Shown here: positions 54,940-64,000 of the stretch, one piece after another | How the letters are laid out: every line of letters starts with the position of its first letter | Numbering within the stretch: position 1 is the stretch's first letter | Origin: the human T2T-CHM13v2.0 reference genome, Homo sapiens | NCBI RefSeq assembly: GCF_009914755.1 | Contig: NC_060945.1 | Length of the DNA stretch: 64,000 nucleotides | Strand: one strand, 5' to 3' | Notes under the pieces: generated by a model | Databases searched by the model: none | Seen by the model: only the letters and a program-made list of their open reading frames with translations | What the model was told of the DNA's origin: nothing | Made by a program: the position numbers and the translations under genes

Positions 54940-55093
54940 GCCTGCCTCCCTCCCTCCCTTCCTTCCTTCTTTCCTTCCTTCCTTCCTTCCCCCTTCTGCA
55001 CCACATCCTCCCCATCTCTTAACACTAACATTCCCTCCCTCCCTCCCTCCCTCCCTCCCTCCCTCCCTCCCTTCCTTCCTTCCTTCCTTCCCC
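54940..55093. repeat. (CCCT)n/(CCTT)n pyrimidine tracts
   Basis: Two runs of ccct/cctt. cttctgcaccacatcctc occurs twice, once before each run. Confidence 0.9.
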
Positions 55094-55927
55094 ATTGTCC
55101 TCTGAAGCTGAGGCTGAAAGGGAGTAGGAGAAACTAGTATGTATTGGGCCACTGCTCTCTGCCCAGCAGTGGTACCCATGAAAATATCTCAAATCGGAGA
55201 ATGGGATTTTCCAGAATCTCTGTGGTTTCATCTAATTTTGTTATTTTCAATAAATTTAATTTGTTGAACTTACATAACTAAATGTTACTTTTTGTACACT
55301 TGTAAAACTTCTCATAAATAAATCCATAAACCCTAAAAATACTCTTATTTCTAAATGTGTACCATGGTTTTGGTTTGGGAAATACAGTTTTATGCAAAGG
55401 GATAAATTTAAATTGAACAGCTGGAGAAACAAGCTTGAAAAAAAATTCAGCCTCCAAATAAGACAGAAGGATTTGATGGTGAAATGTACTTCAACGAAAT
55501 TTAAAATAATTGCCTATGGGCTTTCGTTGTGGTGGTTTGTGTTCTTAAGACATTACCCAGCTGGAGTTAAAATGCCGGTGGTCCAGCGCTGTTTGCAGCT
55601 CTCTGGTGTGGGGGCTTCTTCTTCAGTTTGCTGACCCCTTCCCATCGGCCTGTGGACTGCGTGAGGCCGTCCAAATTCCCCCTTGAGTCTCCCCACTTCC
55701 CGCGGAATGTCTTCAGGGTTCATGATCTTGGACAAACATGTGCTGGAGATTTCCAACTTCATGTCTCTGGCTTTGACTAGTCTCTGGAAATCCAGCCACA
55801 TTTCCGAATATCTGCAGGACGCCTCTATGGAGATTGGAACGATTTAGCCTGGATCCATGAGCATTTAACAAAATCCGCCACGGCTGCTGGGAGCCGATAG
55901 TTCCGGGGAAGTTTTATGCAAAATTGA

Positions 55928-55955
55928 GTGTGTGTGTGTGTGTGTGTGTGTGTGT
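55928..55955. repeat. (GT)n microsatellite
   Basis: GT run. Confidence 0.95.
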
Positions 55956-56695
55956 CCGTGTCCGTGTGGTGTGCATACCTATGGATGTGGGGGTGTGGGG
56001 AGGGTGTGTTTGCACAGTGCATTTTTCTGGGAAGAAAGTACATAGATTTTTTTCAGATTTTCAAAGTGTACTTTGGTGCTTCTCTTCCCCCACAGTAGCT
56101 AATGTTCTAGGAATGCTTATCTTGCGCCAGGCATCATACCAAGTGCTTTATTGGTATTGTATATTTAATAATTTCAGTCATCTTTTGAGGTATGATCTGT
56201 TCATATTTGTCATTTTGGAAATACGAAGCATAGTGAGATTGGTAAACTCCAAGGTCATAGCTAATAGACATTGGAGGGAAGGTTCAAATCCTGCCCTTGC
56301 CCCAAGGCAAGATCCTGGCTCCTAATTCAAGTTCTCCACCAGCATTGCATCACTGGGACCTACCTGTCTCCCCTACTTGGTCATGGATTTTGGTGTTTCT
56401 TTTTAAAACTCTGTCTCCCAGACATTCTCACAGCCTCTCCTCTAGTTCAACCCCCAAATATGATGTTAGTTGGCCTATGGAGGCTGACCCATCTCCAGAA
56501 TGGATTATTGTCACACTGGCCTTCCCGCCCCTTCCCTTCTTCCTCCATCCCTGCATCATCTGGGGCCCACAGGGTCTCTAAAGCATCCATGGGCTCCCAA
56601 TCTACAGTCCAGTCTGTCAGCAGGAGGTCATGTTACTCCACGGTCAGGGTCACTCTGACCTTTCCAGACACGGTTCTGAAGGGCTCTTCAGGAGA

Positions 56696-56714
56696 CACCA
56701 CACATACGCACCAA

Positions 56715-56754
<40 letters not shown>

Positions 56755-57424
56755 CAAATACATCAGACACCCCCACACTACACACACACACACTCACTCA
56801 CATACAACACAAACACGCCGAACACACGCACGCCACCTCTCCACACTACACACAAATATACACACACTCACCACCCACGCAAATGTACATACACCACCAC
56901 ATCACACACACCACACACACCCACCAAACACATCAGACACCCCACATTACACACACACACTCACATACAACACAAATACACACACACCTGACACTTTCCA
57001 CACTACACACACATGCACAATCACCACCCACACAAAACACATCACACACACCACACAAACACGCACACCATACACTGTGCACACACACTCACATACCACA
57101 CAACACACCAAACCCATAGACACCAGACACCCCTCACACTACACACACACACTCACATATAACACAAACACACACCAAACACACACTCCCAGACACTCCC
57201 CCAACACCACACACACTGTGCACACACATACACTCATACCACACACCACACATACCAAACACACCCAAACACCAGACACCCCACACATATGCACACCACA
57301 CACAAATAGCACACCACACACTACACATACACTTCCACACACCACAGCCCCCTACCTTCCCACACACCCTGCTCCCCTACACCATACCCCACATCCTACC
57401 TCCCACATCCCACACCACATCCCA

Positions 57425-57468
<44 letters not shown>
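56696..57468. repeat. CA-rich low-complexity tract with degenerate higher-order repeats
   Basis: Bounded by pure (CA)n runs. The motif ca(t/c)cagacacccc...acta/ttacacacacac...tcacata(c/t)aacacaaa recurs at ~56761, ~56931 and ~57121. Confidence 0.95.
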
Positions 57469-57470
<2 letters not shown>

Positions 57471-57494
57471 TTGATGTCTCTGAGGCCTGGAACC

Positions 57495-57711
57495 TCTGCC
57501 ATGTGAGGACACAGCATTCACCCCTTCCCGAGGACACAGTGTTCAAGGCGCCATCTTAGAAGCAGAGGCCAGACCCTGACTAAGCAATGAACCTGCTGGC
57601 AGCTTGATCATGGACTTCCCACTCTCCAGAACTATACAAAATACATTTCTTTTCTTTATAAATTACATGACCTGTGGTGTTCTGTTATTGCAGCACAAAA
57701 CAGGCAAAGAT
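57495..57711 (+). mobile_element. MST (MSTC/D-like) LTR, 3' half
   Basis: gccatgtgaggacacagc...ttcaaggcgccatcttagaagcagag...ggacttcccactctccagaact...tttataaattac...tctgttattgcagcacaaaac. Confidence 0.8.
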
Positions 57712-57931
57712 AATTGTCTTCCCTGAATGAGTATAATTGTTCCCAAATTTCTCCTTTTTGTAAGGACACCACTCATATTGGATTAAAGTTCACCCTAAGC
57801 ACCTCACTTGAGCTTGATTACCTCTGTCAAGACTGTATCTCAAAATAAGGTCACATTCTGAGGTACTGGGAGTTAGGAAGCCAACATACCTTTTCTGGGT
57901 AGCAGGGGATGTAATTTTACCCATCACAACA
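57712..57931 (-). mobile_element. MLT1B-like LTR, 5' half
   Basis: taaggacaccactcatattggatta...aaataaggtcacattctgaggtactgggagttagg. Confidence 0.8.
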
Positions 57932-58091
57932 TTTGATCACTCTCTTGGTTTCTGTACTCATCTTAGGGTCAGCAATGAGCCCCCGAAAGGTTCTTCTTTC
58001 CACCAGCTCTTCCTTCTTCAACATGGACAATTTACATTTTCATCTGTGCTCTTATCACCCTTGGTCTCCTGTAGTTAAGAATCCTGAATCG

Positions 58092-58446
<355 letters not shown>

Positions 58447-59471
58447 TCAGCTTTGAGGTCACTGCGGGGTGGTTTTGTTTTAATTAATTTATATTTTTCT
58501 TTCCAGCCAGGCTGCTGCAAGTGCTTGGCTTTCTGGAAGAGGTTTTGGGATGCTCAGATGTACACAGCAGGCCAGAATTTGGCCATGCGAATGGTCTTAG
58601 GGTTAGAGATGAAGCATGACTATTAATAACAATTATCACAGGGTGGCTGCTCAGAGTCAGTGTCATCTGCATAATCATCTTTCACCTCAGCATCTGCTCC
58701 CTTCAAATACAGGTGTGTGATTTTTAAAGAACCAAATATTCAGAATATACCTTTCTTCTCCCCCACTTCTGAGGAACTCAGATCACTTTGTTGTGAGATC
58801 TAACATGATTCCTTTGCTCTTCATAGGCACTTCATGATAAGGTGGTAATTTCATGCCTTGGGGAATTAGATGCAGTTATAGCTGTAGATGTACTTGAGTT
58901 ACTGGAATCCAGACAGGCAAAGATGATTTACTGGTAGAAGCACCACAGCTCAGCAAGGAGAAGGAAATAGGGCCAACATTTCTGACTCTTGGCTTCCAAC
59001 TTCTAACCATATTTTATCTAGGTTGATCAACTTTGAAGCACCTGTCATTGCAATTTCAGGGTATGTGCTCTAACGCATGTCTTCTGCAAAGGCTTCAAGT
59101 CATTTTGTTTGATGTGCTTTTTATTATCTATTGCATCCTGAAGCACGCGCTGGGTGCAAAACTCTGACATTTTTGGCAAACTCTGCCGTTGGCCGACCAG
59201 ATGTCAGGGATGCCCTGTGGACAGGATCCAGGTGTGTGATGGGCTCCATGGGTCTAGCTGCCCTTCATATTTCCAGATGAGTCCTGTTGCAGCCTCGAGC
59301 TGAAGATAAAACAAGGGATGCAGGGAGGGGCTCAGGAGGTTACATTTTCACTACCACTTTTGAGCTTCAGCAAAGGAGAAATGGAAATGTCAGTGAGGGC
59401 TGTTATCTTTAAAATATGTGCATTCTAAGGAGAAGAATTAAAAACAAACAAACAGAAAAACCTAAAATCTA

Positions 59472-59516
59472 TGCAACTCTGGATTTCTTTGCAACTCTGG
59501 ATTTCTTTGCAACTCT
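59472..59516. repeat. 18-bp tandem repeat, 2.5 copies
   Basis: tgcaactctggatttctt twice, followed by tgcaactct. Confidence 0.9.
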
Positions 59517-59519
59517 AGG

Positions 59520-60368
59520 TTCCATATCACACACTGGGTAGCTTAAAATGGTAGCGCTTTATTCTCTCACAGTTCTGGAAGGTAGAAGTCAGAAGTCAAG
59601 GTATCAGTTAGAGACATGCTTCATATTCACTTACCCACAAACTAGTGGATGACACATTTTGGCCATTTGGAAGATCTTTATTATAGGAGTATGTAGATTT
59701 TCCATAGAGTGCTGTTGTGTGATTTGAATTTTAGTTGTGGCCCTGCCTCTGACTTTGTCAGTGATTTATCCTGGTTCCAGGAAATAAGAATAGCCTTTTT
59801 CTCATGATAGTCTTTGGTAGTTTTTAAAACATTTGTTTAACTCAACAGATGCACCATGTGCCTGACACTGCTCTACACCAGTGAAGAATTTACACTGTAA
59901 TGGGGGGAGGTAACTATAAAGATGATAAACATAACATCTTAATTGGAGTGAGTATGAAGATGGTTGTTATCTTTTCCTAAAAGAAACAACAACAACAAAA
60001 CAAAAAAGGAAGTCAAGGTATCAAGAGGGAGATGCTACCTCTGAGACACTGGAGAGAATCCTTCATTGCCTCCTCCTCGCTTCTGGTGGTGGCCGTTAAT
60101 TCGTGGTGTTTCCTGGTTTGCAGCTGTGTCACTCTCATCTTGGTCTCCGTCTTCACATAATGTACTCCTTGTGTGTGTCTATGTGCTCAATTTTCCCTTT
60201 TCTTATAAAGACACCAGTCATTGGACTTAGGACCCACCCCAATCCAATATGACCGCATCTTAATTTGCTTACATCTGCAAACATTCTATTTTCAAATAAG
60301 GTCCCATTCACAGGTACAGGGGTTAAGGATGCCAACATATCTTTCTGGGGGACACAGTTCAACCCAGT
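59520..60368 (-). mobile_element. MLT1C LTR interrupted by a ~400-bp insertion
   Basis: tttattctctcacagttctggaaggtagaagtc before the insertion; after it ggagagaatccttc...gcttctggtggtggc...ttataaagacaccagtcattggacttagg...gggacacagttcaaccc. Confidence 0.88.
59607..60008 (+). pseudogene. Unidentified retroposed sequence with 15-bp TSD and A-rich tail
   Basis: gaagtcaaggtatca at 59592-59606 and 60009-60023. Tail aaaagaaacaacaacaacaaaacaaaaaa at 59979-60007. The body matches no repeat I recognise apart from a short L2-like stretch. Confidence 0.75.
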
Positions 60369-63234
60369 GCATGCTCCATTATCATCACATGGCGGCATTT
60401 GTCTGGTTGGCTTTCAGGGGCTCTGTTATAAGAATGTAAAATCCTAGGAAATATTGAACGTTGTCTGAACTTGGGGTTTTGAGGTTGCGTCTATAGTCCT
60501 CAGATGCTTTTTTTTTTTTGATAGGGATAAAGAAGTAAAAATTGGAATGGGTTTTGGTTTCTAGGAATCAGGTGAGTTGCCTGAGAGATAGTTACATGGG
60601 GTTGATCCCCAGCCGGTTGCCATCAGAACCCGTAAACACCAGGTTCCTCCAGTCCAGACAAATCCAGACCCACAGCTCTGTTTCACATTAGTGTCATAAA
60701 AGATTTTCCTGTGCTTCTGTGTGTGGAATCAACATAGAAATTAAACAGTGCATCAAAAATCACTGACATTTTGTAATAACGTTCCTTGGCTTTCATTGGG
60801 AATTGGCAAATCTCAGAAAGAAATAATTGAGTAACTTGGGTGCTTGACTCGTGTCTATCACTCTTAGGAAGGGAGTGTCTGTGGTCCAGAATCACAGCCT
60901 AAGGAGAGCCCATCTCTCCAAGGACCCTGTCCATGCGGCTTCTCTATGTTCCTGATATTGGAGGAATAAAGGGGATAGGTCATCATCTTCCCACCATGTT
61001 AAGAAGCCATCTGTGTGGTCATTGGACTGGCAAAAAGACAAAGAGAATGTCCATTTCCATTTTTGATGCACTTGCTTCATGACCCTGAGCAGAGCCATTT
61101 GACTATTTTGGTTTTGCTTCTTTATTTGTGAAGATCATGAGAAGGAAGCTCACACCAGGAAAGCCCACCTTTGCTGTATTCCAGAAATAAATAAACGGGA
61201 CTTTTAAGGCAGGTTTTTGAGGATTTTTGTGAATGATTCTATAGGTACCTCAAACCAGCTTTCAAACATGCTCGTTAATGTTTTCAGGGTGCCAGGGCAT
61301 TATTGAGTAAATTGCAACTTTAGACATAAAAAACAAAATATGACTGAAAAAGAATTCTAAAAATCATGACAATTGTACATAAACTTAAAAAACTAGGTCA
61401 CTGGAAATTTTTGAATACTTAAGATCCGCTCCCATTCAAGGACTTTCCTTACAGTCAAATTAACTGGAATGCTTGGGTCCTGAAACCTGCTTTGTAGCAA
61501 ATGGTTTATTTTACTGGATGTTTCTTTATGTAAATATGGCTTTTTGCATATATAATATTTCTTCGTAGGGTAAATGTAGTGCTCACCAAAACAACCACTG
61601 TCTGGGAATTTTCTGTCAACTGAAATTGAGGTTGTTGTGAATTAGGGGAAATAGCTTTTATTGTCACTTTGGACTGCAGCAGGGCAAAAAAGGAAAACAA
61701 TAAGCATTGTGAATTATATGTTTTATGCTCCTATTATGAAGCTAATGATTTCCTATTTACTCTTTCTGATTCCTTGATAAGAAGCACCTGCAAAGGTATT
61801 GACAAAGCTTGAGCCATAGGTTTATGTAGAAGCCCGAAATGCTAACTTTCAGGAACGTGAACATATTCATTTCTCACAAATACAAATGAACATTGGCTTC
61901 TTGTGAAGTGTCAGTTCACTGGCAGGATGCACAGGAAACCCTGTAGTTTTATTTTTTCCAATATTTGCCCCTTCCAACTCTGCTAGGATGAACCCTTCCT
62001 TCTCCAGGCATCCTCAATGACTTTCTGCTGCAGCCCCACTTCTTTCTCAGCCCCACTGATTCTCAGCACAGTTTCATCTTGCTACTCAGGATTCAGTGCT
62101 GTTCCCCTGCAAACGTCACTGTCGAGATGGGTTCAGATCTCTTGTCTCCTGCCTACAGAGCAAGTACACCTCAGCTGTTTCCTCCTCATCCCCCTTATCC
62201 TTCTCCTCCTCCTCCTCCTTCTTCTCCTCCTCCCTATCTCTCTTCTAGGATCCTCTGAGTATAAGGTCAGGAAGTTGGCAAGAAAGTGCAAGTGCCCCCC
62301 GAGTGACTGGGTGAGATGACAGTCTGCTTTGCTGTGTATTGTGGCCTCGGTGGCTGACGCTGGCCTTTGGTGCTCTTGCTAAGCTGGAAATCCAAGGGTC
62401 CATCATTGGTGGACACCCATATGGTTCTTTGGAGACCGAATGGAGATCTCCAACTCCTTAGCTCCCACTATAGGAAGTCATGCCCTCAGTTTTTGCTTCA
62501 TGTCTAAAAGACCCCTCTTGACTGGGTATCCACATGCCAGAACAACCTTTGGTATTCATTCAATCCACAGGGAACTCCTGGATTCTTGCAACGTCTCATG
62601 AGGAGGTTCAGGCTGCTTTGGGGTGCCCAGTCTTGAAGACCTCTCACTGGTCTTCGTGGAGGAGGAGTGCTGCTTTACCCCACTTTTCCTCTACTCCGAG
62701 GAGAGCTGTGGGGAGCAGCAGACAGAGCAGTAGGGTGGGGCTAGTGGTATCTCAGGAGGGAGAGAGGCTTATGGGGGAATCTTCTGATTGGCTACAGGGA
62801 CTCATTCTTCCAAGGACCCCATGGCTTCTAACTTCCTCATCAGGCTTGAATTGAAACACACCAGCTACCTAAATTTCCTGTCCAGAGAAATCCAATAAGG
62901 CTGAAAAGACTGATGTTTTTCTCCTTTTACAGAAGAGAAAACATCCCAGCCTATGTTGCCCCTCCATTTCACATTTCTTCCTCACACACGTGGTTCTTGA
63001 GCATCTAGGTCTTTCCTCCATCATCCAAATCAGTCCTTTTAATACTGAGATAACTATGTCCTCGAAGGCTCCTATGGTTACCTTGGCCTTATCTTTCTTC
63101 CTGAATGCATAATTCAGCACTAAATTTAATCAGTTTTGTCTTATTATGTATGCGAAGTCTACTCATCTCACTTCTCTAATCAGATGATACAGTTTTAAAA
63201 GTGGGAATCATATTTTCCAGGACTTATAGTTGCC

Positions 63235-63328
63235 TCTTTATTGAGTAGGAAATGCTGAACATTTGATAGAGTGTTCTTTATTGAGTAGAAGATGCTCTTT
63301 ATTGAGTAGAAAATGCTGAACATTTGAT
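63235..63328. repeat. Short local tandem triplication
   Basis: tctttattgagtag occurs three times, and aaatgctgaacatttgat twice. Confidence 0.85.
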
Positions 63329-64000
63329 TGGGAGGGGCAGCTCAAACTAGTGGTAGAAGTTTGAGTTATTCTGATCTTTCTCTGAGTCCTTCTTTATTGG
63401 GAAACTGTGATGTGCTTGAAAAGATCCATAATTGATAGATGCTCCCCTTTTCCCTTATTTAATTTTATGTACAAATGTATGACCTTGGGCAGACTCAACC
63501 AAGTGGGGGCCCCATTCACAGGCTCTGATGGAGGAGACATCCCAGTTCCACCTATTCTGAGATCCAGAACCTTAACACCGGATGGTGGGTGACCTCTCCT
63601 GTTCAGCTTCCTTCCCAGTCTCCCTAGAAGGGGCCTCTCCATGGTGCCTTACAGAGGTAACCAAGGAAAAACTTGGGAAGAATCAAAATCATGCTAGGGA
63701 AGATGTATACACAGCTGGCTAGGCAGGAGACTTTGACTATAATATGTGCTTAAGAAACCAATATTCCTATGTACCCTAGAATAGCCTGGTTCTGGTACTG
63801 AGTGCAAATCCATTTCCCCCTGAGAGTTGGGGCCACTGAAGAGACCCTGTCTCTGCCCTCTTCTTTCCACTGGTGTGGTTCTGCGGCGTCCTTTTCTTTC
63901 TGGCCATTCACTGACTGCACTGGATGGACAACCACTTGTGTTCTGGCTGATTTAAAAACGGTAAGCCAGTCTCCAGCAATTATTCCTCAAAGTACTGACT

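Noticed and set aside
56271-57559. Longest ORFs (282 aa and 309 aa, His/Thr-rich)
   Set aside because: They are translations of the stop-poor CA tract, with no domain or exon structure.
59607-59978. Insert as a snoRNA/scaRNA or snRNA retrocopy
   Set aside because: It has no ACA box 3 nt from the end, no terminal C/D box pair, and no match to U snRNA, 7SK, 7SL or Y RNA sequences I recognise.

Overview
This is primate (most likely human or great-ape) non-coding genomic DNA. It contains no credible protein-coding exon and no rRNA, tRNA or CRISPR array. It is rich in interspersed repeats: 11 Alus, many ERVL-MaLR solo LTRs (MLT1, MST, THE1), ERVL and ERV1 solo LTRs, old L1, L2 and MIR fragments, and hAT elements (MER20, MER5). 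The longest ORFs come from Alu, LTR or CA-rich sequence. The dominant structure is a 3.7-kb minisatellite at 42608-46307: exactly 50 copies of a 74-bp unit, expanded inside an MLT1C/D LTR. Its variant units show polarity and higher-order blocks. Each unit reads as a polypyrimidine tract plus AG on the + strand, and as the LTR's TATA-like box plus an Inr on the - strand. Other notable structures are: (1) an unrecognised ~400-bp retro-insertion with a 15-bp TSD and A-rich tail whose body resembles an excised intron (59607-60008); (2) an MLT2 LTR flanked by 114-bp direct repeats; (3) a 38-bp-stem hairpin inside an old MLT1 LTR; (4) an internally duplicated Alu; and (5) several local duplications. 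Repeat subfamily names come from remembered consensus sequences and old-element boundaries are approximate, so both need RepeatMasker/Dfam confirmation. I could not identify the locus.
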